Below are positions 22,578 to 31,203 of a stretch of 64,000 nucleotides of DNA, piece by piece. The stretch lies in the NCBI GenBank assembly GCA_000004985.1, contig GG738864.1; one strand, 5' to 3'. The translations under genes were made by a program, and so were the position numbers. The notes under the pieces are model-generated. The model saw nothing but the letters and a program-made list of their open reading frames with translations, was not told the origin of the DNA and did no database searches. Within the stretch, counting starts at the first letter, position 1. Each line of letters begins with the position of its first letter. Source of the DNA: Naegleria gruberi. Its lineage: Eukaryota.

Positions 22578-25262
22578 TTATTTATTATGATAATTGTGGA
22601 ATTGATTTTGAAGATGTGATTGGTTGAACATTTGCTGATTGAATCCATTATTGTTATTGTTCAAGTTATTCATGGTATTTGGATTAATTCCCATATTTGC
22701 AATGTTAAGTGGCATGTTGCCATTTCCATTCATATTGCTCATACTGTTCATATTATTCATGTTATTATTCATATTGTTATTCATATTATTCATGTTGTTA
22801 TTCATATTGTTATTCATATTATTATTCATATTGCTCATGACATTATTTCCATTCATATTCATATTAACGTTCATGGAATTCATATTGTTCATATTGTTGT
22901 TCATATTATTATTCATATTGCTCATGCCATTATTTCCATTCATGTTCATGTTCATATTAAGGTTATTATTCAAATTGCTGAGATTTACAGCGTTGTTCAT
23001 GCCTAAATTATTCATACTGTTAATACTATTAACCAGAGCATTATTGGCCAGTCCAAATTGCCTTGAACCCATCTGTTGATTATTCATTTGAGTGTTAATG
23101 ACTATTGGCTGTTGCTGTTGTTGTGAATTAGACATGTTCGAGTTGTTAACAAAATTTAGAGGATTATTTGACTGTACGGTTTGAGGTTGTACACTTTCAT
23201 ATTCATCATAATGCTCCTGTTCTGGACTATCATCATAATACTCGTCATCATTACTAATTGGAGGAGCTGGATAATTCTTCTTCAATCTCATTTCATTTTG
23301 ATTAACCATGAAAGGCATACTCAAGGGTGACATTCTACCTTGGTGATCATTTGGAACAGTTAAATTACCCATTGGAATGTATCTTAGAGAAGCATCTGTT
23401 GCCATAAAGGTTTTTCCTTTATCCAGAGAAACTTTCACTTCAACTTCCTCATCCGCATTTCCATCAGGTGTTTCACAAACAATTGTATTATCCTTATGAG
23501 GAGAAACATAGATACATCTCGCTCTTTTATCACCAAAATAAACGTAAACATTACTTGGTGCAACAATTTGTTGATTCAAGAGAACCTTAACAAGTTGCCC
23601 TCCTTGTACAATACTATATCTAGGACTAACTCTAAGCACTTTAGAAATCTTACTTCTACTGTGGTCAATTTTTTGTTGTCTCTTTTGATTACCTCTATCA
23701 GTAATTGTTTCAAAATAGGAGCTATCTACATGATGTACTGGTATTTTGTCTGGTGATAAAAGAGAAAATCTCAAAAAGAATTTTCTTCCATTCATATGAG
23801 ATGCTTCATCAATTGTAATTGTATCAAAATGCATATCAACTCTTTGTGCATCACCTCTCATATTTGGTTTAGATTTTGATAATACGACTGGATCAAGAAT
23901 ATCTTTTAAAACTTCCTTCTGTTTTGTCTTGTAACCTAATAATGAAACCTTGATGGAATACAATTGATATCTTGGAATTCCAGAAACGTTTACACTAATA
24001 ATATGTCTAGGAAGAGGTTTTTTGTTTTGTTTACCACCTGGTTGTGGATTTGGTGGTGGTAAATCAAATCCTTCCTCAATCATCATTAAACCCTCTGTAT
24101 CAATACTAATTGTTCCTGTTGCTGATCCGGTATCAGGAATTACTACTATTCTATCCTTTGGTTTGGCATCCTCATCACTATGATATGAAGATGTTGGAGA
24201 ATTAAGAGGTTTGAATTGATTGTTTTGACTAGATGATGGTTGTGGAGATTTATAAACACTTCCTCCTTGTTGAGTTGGCTGAGTTAGATTATTTGATTGT
24301 TGATGAACAATGTGTGATTGGTGTTGCTGCTGTTGTACAATTTGTGGCTGATGTTGCTGTTGATGATGGGCTTGTTGAACATGCAAGTTGTGTGGTTGGT
24401 GATGTTGTTGTGGAACACTTGATTCTGATGGTGGTTGAATTGGAGGAAGTTGAGTAATATTCTCATGATGATTTGGAAGAATTGGATTAATTGGTTGGTG
24501 ATTCGGAATTGATGAATTAAGAGTACTGAGTATTCCAGTATTGTTATTACTGCTTTGTGGAGTACTGGAGGAAAAAGGCGGAGCACCTGATGGTGAAGAA
24601 GAGGAGAATAATCCAGATCCTAAAGTTGGTGTTGTAAGGTTGTTAAAAGATGTTGGAGTTGATAAACCGAAAGGCATTGGTAGTTCGCTACTCGAAGTGA
24701 GAGGAAATTGCAAAGAATTCTTTGTAATATTACCAGTGTTACCATTCATAGTTGGAGTATGATTATTATTTGGTGTAGAAAGGGAACCACCTGTAGTTGC
24801 AGAAACATATCTAATTGGTGGAGCTGTGGAAGGAGAACTTAGAGGTGTCGAAGAATGGAAAGCAAGACCTCCACTACTACTAGTATTGTGGTGAGATTGG
24901 TGATGAGAGAAATCCGAGATATATGGAGCCAAAGTTGTTGATGGGGAATGTTGCAGAGGAGAACTTTCATGAAATCTATGTGGATCCATATTCATGGGTG
25001 TACCAGCAGCACTTGGAGAAGTTTCCAATGTAATCGATCTAGATAATGAAGTGATTGGAGAATTCAAATCAAAAATTGCAAATGATTTAGAAGGTGATGG
25101 TTGCAAGAGTTGATCAACATCCAACTCTTGTTTAATTAAATCCTTCTTTCGGTTATTTTGTTTCATATTATTGGATGTTGAAGATGGAGGAGCAGATGAA
25201 GTTGTTGTCGTTACTAAATTACTTGTTGATGAATGTAAAGTTGATGTAGGATATGGTAGCAT
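22578..25262 (-). CDS. Putative transcription-factor-like protein: Q/S/N-rich N-terminus, beta-sandwich DNA-binding-like region plus IPT/TIG-like domain, C-terminal (M/N)n homopolymer tract.
   Basis: - 894-aa ORF.
- The central region contains an IPT/TIG-like immunoglobulin fold: LRVSPRYSIVQGGQLVKVLLNQ...VYVYFGDKRARCIYVSPHKDNTIVCETPDGNADEEVEVKVSLDKGKTF.
- It is preceded by a conserved-looking ~200-aa segment resembling NDT80/Rel-type DNA-binding domains. That assignment is tentative.
- Polar homopolymers: HQQQHQPQIVQQQQHQ and NMNNNMNNNMNNM. Confidence 0.5.
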   Translation of the reverse strand: MLPYPTSTLHSSTSNLVTTTTSSAPPSSTSNNMKQNNRKKDLIKQELDVDQLLQPSPSKSFAIFDLNSPITSLSRSITLETSPSAAGTPMNMDPHRFHESSPLQHSPSTTLAPYISDFSHHQSHHNTSSSGGLAFHSSTPLSSPSTAPPIRYVSATTGGSLSTPNNNHTPTMNGNTGNITKNSLQFPLTSSSELPMPFGLSTPTSFNNLTTPTLGSGLFSSSSPSGAPPFSSSTPQSSNNNTGILSTLNSSIPNHQPINPILPNHHENITQLPPIQPPSESSVPQQHHQPHNLHVQQAHHQQQHQPQIVQQQQHQSHIVHQQSNNLTQPTQQGGSVYKSPQPSSSQNNQFKPLNSPTSSYHSDEDAKPKDRIVVIPDTGSATGTISIDTEGLMMIEEGFDLPPPNPQPGGKQNKKPLPRHIISVNVSGIPRYQLYSIKVSLLGYKTKQKEVLKDILDPVVLSKSKPNMRGDAQRVDMHFDTITIDEASHMNGRKFFLRFSLLSPDKIPVHHVDSSYFETITDRGNQKRQQKIDHSRSKISKVLRVSPRYSIVQGGQLVKVLLNQQIVAPSNVYVYFGDKRARCIYVSPHKDNTIVCETPDGNADEEVEVKVSLDKGKTFMATDASLRYIPMGNLTVPNDHQGRMSPLSMPFMVNQNEMRLKKNYPAPPISNDDEYYDDSPEQEHYDEYESVQPQTVQSNNPLNFVNNSNMSNSQQQQQPIVINTQMNNQQMGSRQFGLANNALVNSINSMNNLGMNNAVNLSNLNNNLNMNMNMNGNNGMSNMNNNMNNNMNNMNSMNVNMNMNGNNVMSNMNNNMNNNMNNNMNNMNNNMNNNMNNMNSMSNMNGNGNMPLNIANMGINPNTMNNLNNNNNGFNQQMFNQSHLQNQFHNYHNK
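22735..22985. repeat. Coding microsatellite: about 25 tandem 9-12-nt units (ATTCAT(A/G)TT / ATTATTCAT) giving a (Asn/Met)n tract on the minus strand.
   Basis: Visible directly as ...catattgttattcatattattcatgttgttattcatattgttattcatattattattcatattgctcat... It produces spurious antisense ORFs 22620..23006 and 22639..23079 in the track. Confidence 0.8.
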
Positions 25263-26759
25263 ATTAAAAACACTACAACTACTAATTGATTAAATAAATT
25301 ATAACACAAGTCAAATTAAAATAGTAGACTTGGTACAATTGTGGTGGTGGTTTTTTGGTTTGACTTGCTGAAATAATATTTTGACAATTTTTGTTCTTCC
25401 TTTGTTTTTGTGATGACTTAGTTCTTCAAAGGAAGTAGAAGTGCACAAGAGCTTGCTTGAAAAACACAGAAACCCGTCAAAATGGAAATGGCAAGTAAAA
25501 GTGCTGAAAGTTCTTTTTAGTTGGTAAATTAACGGAACATTAAAAATCAATAAGTTGATGAAAGCATCATCCATTCAACATTTTCGTCACGGATTGTGTT
25601 CATAACATTTATATTGGTAATTATGGAAAATAGTCACATGTGTTACCTTCTCTTCTTTTTAAATCTACTTACTTTTAGAACAAGAACTGAAATCCGAACA
25701 CTTATTGATATTAAATAAATACTACACAACTACTACTACTGGTGTGTGATGATAGAGTTCTCAGAGTTGGTTATGTTGCTGCTTTTTGTTAATCTCAAAG
25801 AGCCATAGATTTTAATCTCCTTTTTGGACAAAACTGATTTGGCGGTTTTAAGGTGATCTGTTTGTTGAGGAAACTAGCTAGTTTTTGCACGCGCTTGTTG
25901 ATGATGAAAGGTGTTGGTTCTATTGCTAAAACATTCACAGTGTTGTGCTTTAGTCGATAAAGAGAGACCTTCTATTTTGACGGAATCAGACTATAAGGCT
26001 GTAAACCGATCGTATACCAATCCTTAATAATATAAGTTATTCTTAATTGAATTTCTGTAATGTCGAAATGCGCCAATTTCCCAACTATGAAAGGGGTTTG
26101 TTCTAATTGATGTATTCTACAAGATTCTGTTGTCTTGAATATAGGTTATTTGTATTAACCAAGAAATCGTCTTACCCTCTATGAAAATTTTGAAATCACT
26201 TTTCTCTATAAATAAAGAGCCAAATCCAACAAATTTCATATTATGATATCGTTAACTTAATGAATAATAATCATACGATATGTTTCTCTAATATCCAGTG
26301 TTGTTATTGAGATATGCTTTGTTGAGATTGTGAATTCACGTTCAGATAGTGAAATTTGCTTAAGGAATGAAATCAGTGCTATTGGCGCAAACAATTACCC
26401 CTACAATCAGCTTTGGGGGAATTCTGGAATACTTCTACTGATCTCAAAGATAAACGAGGATACAGAATCAAACAAGCACAGACTGTTACCAAATAGCTTG
26501 GGATCTCGAACCTGGGAACTTGTTTTCATTAACCTCAAACGTTACTCAACGTAAACAATTCACAATCGGCAATTCAAGTATTACTTGTTTAGTATATATA
26601 TTCCTTTATTTTTTTGGAGAAAATGCTTAACCTGACCCAGATATTGGGAAGAGGAAGCTATTAAATCTTGAAGCCTTGTATTGATTTGAGCAACATGTTT
26701 GCTGACGTAAAAAAAGGGTGTGTTTATAAATTAGTAGAATGTTAACAGTTATTTTAAGT

Positions 26760-28028
26760 TTAATTAATAGATTTCATCTTTTGGTAATTAATATTAAGTG
26801 ATTTTAATTGTTTCATTTCACTTATTAATTTCACTCCTTCAATACCAATTCGATTGTAACATATATTAAGTGATTTTAATTGCTTCATTTCACTTATGAA
26901 TTTGGCTCCTTCATCTCCAATTAGATTGTAAGATATATCAAGTGATATTAATTGTTTCATTTCACATATTGATTTGGCGCCTTCATCACCAATTTGATTG
27001 TTATAAATACTAAGTGATCTCAATTGTTTCATTTCACTTATTGATTTGACTCCTTCATCACCAATTCGATTGTAACATATAGCAAGTGACGTTAATTGTT
27101 TCATTTCAAATATGGATTTTACTCCTTCACCACCAATTCTATTTCCACTAATATCAAGTGATATTAATTGTTTCATTTCACATATTGATTTCGCACCTTC
27201 ATCTCTAATTTCATTGTAAGATATATTAAGTGACGTTAATTGTTTCATTTCAATTATTGATTTGGCTCCTTCATCTCCAATTAGATTGTAAGATATATCA
27301 AGTGACATTAATTGTTTCATTTCACTTATTGATTTGGATCCTTCATCTCCAATTATATTGTTACAAAATGTAAGTGATGTTAATTGTTTCATTTCACTTA
27401 TTGATTTGGATCCTTCATCTCCAATTTGATTCTTAGATATATCAAGTAATATTAATTGTTTCATTTCACATATTGATTTGGCGCCTTCATCTCCAATTTG
27501 ATTGTTATTAATACTAAGTGATCTCAATTGTTTCATTTCACTTATAAATTTGGCTCCTTCATCTCCAATTTGAATTCCACGAATATCAAGTAATTTTAAT
27601 TGTTTCATTTGAGTTATGAATTTGGCTTGTTCTATAGTGTCAAGCGAGGTTCTATAAAATTTAAGATTAACAATACTATTCATAAATTGACTTTTCATGA
27701 ATAATTCAATTCTTGTTTCTGTAAATTTTTGTTTAAATTGAATAACAAGTTTTGAACGTTCCTTGATCACATTAAAGAATTGTTTTGAAATCAAGGAACA
27801 ATTATTCAAAATAAACCACGAATCATCGAGCATGCAAATTATTTCAAAACAAACATCATCTGAAAATATTTCTTGTCGTTTCAGTTTAACCTTTTTTGCT
27901 TTCTCTTCCATATTATTTTCCTCCGAATAATTAATTAAATGATCATGATTTGCCAAATCTTGTCTATTTCGTTTGCTCATTTTTTTTTGAATTAATCGTT
28001 GGAGTTGGTGTACTCCCTTAACACCCAA
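26760..28028 (-). CDS. F-box-like plus ribonuclease-inhibitor-type leucine-rich repeat protein.
   Basis: 422-aa ORF with an N-terminal F-box-like segment (EIFSDDVCFEIICMLDDSWFILNNCSLISKQF) followed by about 13 near-identical 24-residue RNI-type LRRs (LDISKNQIGDEGSKSISEMKQLTS). This is the same family as the genes at 59015 and 60430. Confidence 0.75.
   Translation of the reverse strand: MGVKGVHQLQRLIQKKMSKRNRQDLANHDHLINYSEENNMEEKAKKVKLKRQEIFSDDVCFEIICMLDDSWFILNNCSLISKQFFNVIKERSKLVIQFKQKFTETRIELFMKSQFMNSIVNLKFYRTSLDTIEQAKFITQMKQLKLLDIRGIQIGDEGAKFISEMKQLRSLSINNNQIGDEGAKSICEMKQLILLDISKNQIGDEGSKSISEMKQLTSLTFCNNIIGDEGSKSISEMKQLMSLDISYNLIGDEGAKSIIEMKQLTSLNISYNEIRDEGAKSICEMKQLISLDISGNRIGGEGVKSIFEMKQLTSLAICYNRIGDEGVKSISEMKQLRSLSIYNNQIGDEGAKSICEMKQLISLDISYNLIGDEGAKFISEMKQLKSLNICYNRIGIEGVKLISEMKQLKSLNINYQKMKSIN
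26800..27620. repeat. Tandem 72-nt coding repeat array (LRR units) with very high unit-to-unit nucleotide identity.
   Basis: The unit ...aattgtttcatttcacttattgatttggctccttcatctccaat... recurs about 11 times with few substitutions. Confidence 0.7.
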
Positions 28029-28409
28029 AAGAAAATGAAATCACTGAACTGTACCACTTCTTTCTTACTGCTGATCACTCTATTACTGTTGTGTGTATGG
28101 TCATCATCTATCGGAGCAGTTGGTTCCTCCACACTCCAACATTTTCTATAAATTATTCAATAGTGAAAAGGAGGAGGGTATTAGTGGTGGATCTAACTTG
28201 TTACATTTCTATGCTAGTAATGTTAATTTGTACAACTCTCACATTAATATTATATGAATGTAATTGTTGTCTTATAATTTTATTAATACTGTTTTTGAAG
28301 ACAAGAACTTGAATATATTGAGTCATGTTTGATTTAATATTTCAAGTGGCTGTTGTCTTCAGTATCAATTGATATTGTAGTTTATTTGAGGAATATTAAG
28401 CAAAGTATT

Positions 28410-29162
28410 CTAATTGACTCGTGTGTACATTAGAGATCTTCTCGAATTGAATCTGGTGCACAGTACAACACAACAAACAACACAACAAATCAAACAAGTA
28501 CACGTACAAGTAATCAACAGGACAATCCCAAGAAGAGTGAGGGAGCTTATTGTTCCTGGAGATTTGTAAACGTAGGTAACTTGGGAAATTTTGTTTGTTT
28601 CGGGGTCCAATTTGCATGAAGGGGTAAATGATTCAACATTTGAACATGTTAAAATATCAAATGTGAAAGCTAGTTTTGCTCCTTCACTTGTATTGAATTC
28701 TAAACAAATTGGAAATGATTCACTTGAATATGTAACAAGTCCAAAGAATAGATTATCACTGAATGGTCTTTTTACAAAGGTATTAAGCGTGTAAGTTGTT
28801 GAAGTGACCGGATTACTCAATGTTAATTCTGAACCAGTGGAAACTAACTTGGTGAATGGAATTTGAAGATAATTACAACTTTCGTCATAAACTTGTGCAT
28901 CTCCTAAATACCAAGAACCACTAGTGAATGGACCATTGTTATCTTGTAAACTGGATTGATATTTCAAATTATGAATCCATTCCTCCGATTGACCATCAAT
29001 ATTATTGAATATATTACTTGTCTGTAATTTGATTCCGAAAGTTGGTGATGTATTTACAAATGTTGACGAACAAATTAGTGAGAGAAATACAATGATTGTG
29101 CTTATGATTCGTGTAGCTTGTTGTTTTGTCATTTTTATTTGATGTTCTAGATTCATCTTCAT
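28410..29162 (-). CDS. Secreted/type I membrane protein with a Cys-rich TM segment (hypothetical).
   Basis: 250-aa ORF with an internal signal peptide (RIISTIIVFLSLICSSTF), so the true start is probably M at the MTKQQ position. The ectodomain has beta-rich composition. A C-terminal TM segment (LTLLGIVLLITCTCTCLICCVVCCVVLC) is followed by a short basic tail. Confidence 0.45.
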   Translation of the reverse strand: MKMNLEHQIKMTKQQATRIISTIIVFLSLICSSTFVNTSPTFGIKLQTSNIFNNIDGQSEEWIHNLKYQSSLQDNNGPFTSGSWYLGDAQVYDESCNYLQIPFTKLVSTGSELTLSNPVTSTTYTLNTFVKRPFSDNLFFGLVTYSSESFPICLEFNTSEGAKLAFTFDILTCSNVESFTPSCKLDPETNKISQVTYVYKSPGTISSLTLLGIVLLITCTCTCLICCVVCCVVLCTRFNSRRSLMYTRVN

Positions 29163-29261
29163 TCTTGTCAGTGCCAGCGAACTGACATAGTGGAACTCTA
29201 TTTAAAATCCATTTGAAAGAACTCCTTTTCTAATTGGCTGTTCTTTTAATTCAATGACAAA

Positions 29262-30653
29262 CTACCTCCAGTCCTCGGTTTTACAACCTCCACAATCACT
29301 GAAGGCAATTTCACATAGTTCTGAATGTCTTTCTGCAAAGTTTGTATTCCACAATAAAACATTGGCATCAGCCCCACCAGTAGCAAAGTAATGGCCATCA
29401 CTGGAAAATCTAGCACATTGAGTTGAGTTTGAATGACCACTAATAGTATACATTAATTGTGCATGCATAAGGTTCCACAATTTGATTGTGTTGTCCTCAC
29501 CAGTTGATACCAAGTAGTTTCCACTTCTATGGAAATCAATGCCAGTGACAGGATAGTTATGAGCTTCAAATTTTTGCAATGGCTTTCCAGAATATCTTAA
29601 ATCAAATAAACGAATCGAGTTGTCATTTGAGCAGCTAGCTAAGCTAGTTCCATCTGGAGAAAATCTCACCTTATTAATATAATCGTTATGCTGTCTCAAA
29701 TCAACAATGCATGATGAACTGTTTGCATCGAATAGTTTAATTGATCTGTCTCTTCCAGCAGTCACTAAAACTCTTCCATCATACGAAATGTCACAACTTA
29801 GAGGAGGAAGTGAATGACCCAAATATGAGTTTACATATTGGCAATACTCCAAAGACCAAAGACGAGTTGAGTTGTCGGATGAGCAACTCAGAAGGTAATT
29901 TCCAGTCTTGTCAAAAGAAATGTCATTAATAGCTCCCTCGTGACCCTTGATTACATAAGATTCGTGTGGTCTACTATGAGCATCAACAGCAGTGTCAGTT
30001 CCTTCAAGACCTAATTTCATTATTCTGATATGTCTGTCATTTCCTCCTGTTGCAATCATGTGATTTCCCTCGTGTATTACTGGAGAGAATTTGACACAAT
30101 ATACTCCTCCGAGTTCATGATGTACATATTTCAAAGGAAACATGCTTCCCTTAATTTTCCACAAGAATAGACTCGAGTCCATACCAACAGAGGCCAATCT
30201 AGAACCTTCCGGACTGAAATCAAGACCTGTTACAAGTTCTGAATGACCCATAAATGTCGAATTCAAAGTTGGGTCTCTATCCTTCTTTGTTAATCGATAA
30301 TTATCTGGCCTCAATCTCTCCGACATTGTGCCTCTGTATCTACCAATTCTATTCCAAAGATTGTCATCGTATTTTTCATTAATTTGATTCCATAATTCCA
30401 TATCTTCTTCAGGAACAATTTTATCCTCAAATAAAGTTTGATGTTGACTCTCTGCATCCTTCAAGTGTTGCTGTACTTTTTTCTTTTTATGCTTGGCTGA
30501 AATATGAAGTTTAGATTTTTTGATATGATGTTGTTTGTATTCACTCTTCTCTGTTAGTGATGGATTCTTTGCCTCATCTTCTTTTCTCTTGCTAGTCTCT
30601 AGCACTTGCTTCACCTTTTTCATGGTGGGCGTTTCTGCATTAAGTGGATGCAT
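29262..30653 (-). CDS. WD40-repeat protein (7 blades) with a Lys-rich N-terminal extension.
   Basis: 463 aa with repeated GH...WD-like units: GHSELVTGLDFSPEGSRLASVGMDSSLFLWKI; GHEGAINDISFDKTGNYLLSCSSDNSTRLWSL; HNDYINKVRFSPDGTSLASCSNDNSIRLFDL; HNYPVTGIDFHRSGNYLVSTGEDNTIKLWNL; GHSNSTQCARFSSDGHYFATGGADANVLLWN. Specific orthology not resolved. Confidence 0.75.
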   Translation of the reverse strand: MHPLNAETPTMKKVKQVLETSKRKEDEAKNPSLTEKSEYKQHHIKKSKLHISAKHKKKKVQQHLKDAESQHQTLFEDKIVPEEDMELWNQINEKYDDNLWNRIGRYRGTMSERLRPDNYRLTKKDRDPTLNSTFMGHSELVTGLDFSPEGSRLASVGMDSSLFLWKIKGSMFPLKYVHHELGGVYCVKFSPVIHEGNHMIATGGNDRHIRIMKLGLEGTDTAVDAHSRPHESYVIKGHEGAINDISFDKTGNYLLSCSSDNSTRLWSLEYCQYVNSYLGHSLPPLSCDISYDGRVLVTAGRDRSIKLFDANSSSCIVDLRQHNDYINKVRFSPDGTSLASCSNDNSIRLFDLRYSGKPLQKFEAHNYPVTGIDFHRSGNYLVSTGEDNTIKLWNLMHAQLMYTISGHSNSTQCARFSSDGHYFATGGADANVLLWNTNFAERHSELCEIAFSDCGGCKTEDWR

Positions 30654-31203
30654 TTTTTTGTCTTAAAAAAGGCGGCCGAAAATTTTGTACAAGAAATGGC
30701 GGCAACTTTATTTCTTTCTCATTGTCTTTTCAAATATTTGCTGTTGTGAATGAATACATCTCTTACAATATAATCGGGTTAAACCAAACCGATAGAGAGT
30801 TGTGGAACAATACTGTCCACAACATGAACATTGATTCTCTGAATGTCCTGACATTTCATTGAACATGTTGGTGATTTTCTCCTGTTGGCCGTGAGGAGGC
30901 GTCGACAAGGAAAGCATATGAAATAGTAAGGAATTGAATTCAGACTCGTTTGCTTGAATAATTCTTGTTCTGTTTGATTTAATTGACATGATTTTTATTG
31001 TGTGGTGAATTGGAGGCAACACATCATTCATGGTATGATTTAAATTCTTGAATTTGATGTGCTCCATCGTAATCTTTTCCACTCGATTGATGTTTCAAAC
31101 TTTACATTGATGTAGGAGAAGCAGTTGCTGTTGTGGAATGTTTTTTGTAAACTTGTTGAAGTGGTAACATGGCATACTAGTATTTGTTACTTTTCACTTC
31201 AAC

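Noticed and set aside
22620-23079. Two plus-strand ORFs (128 and 146 aa) rich in HIIH/FILL repeats
   Set aside because: They are antisense and frame-shifted readings of the (ATTCATATT)n microsatellite that encodes the (N/M)n tail of the 22578..25262 gene. They are compositional artefacts.
26480-26530. GGTTCGAG-containing segment (minus strand CCCAGGTTCGAGATCCCAAGC) resembling a tRNA T-arm
   Set aside because: The flanks (CCAGG / TCCCA) are not complementary, so no T-stem can form. There is no acceptor, D or anticodon arm and no oligo-T. Chance similarity.
26800-27620. Regular about 72-nt direct repeats that could be mistaken for a CRISPR array
   Set aside because: The units are contiguous, with no unique spacers. 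They are in frame within a long ORF and encode leucine-rich repeats. The genome is eukaryotic, with introns.
30708-31082. 124-aa minus-strand ORF with a CSCCGQYC...CKRC cluster in the WD40 / F-box-ankyrin divergent promoter
   Set aside because: It lies wholly in a promoter interval only 55 bp from the WD40 start codon. It has no recognisable zinc-finger spacing, and its composition is unlike neighbouring genes. It may be a small gene but cannot be supported.
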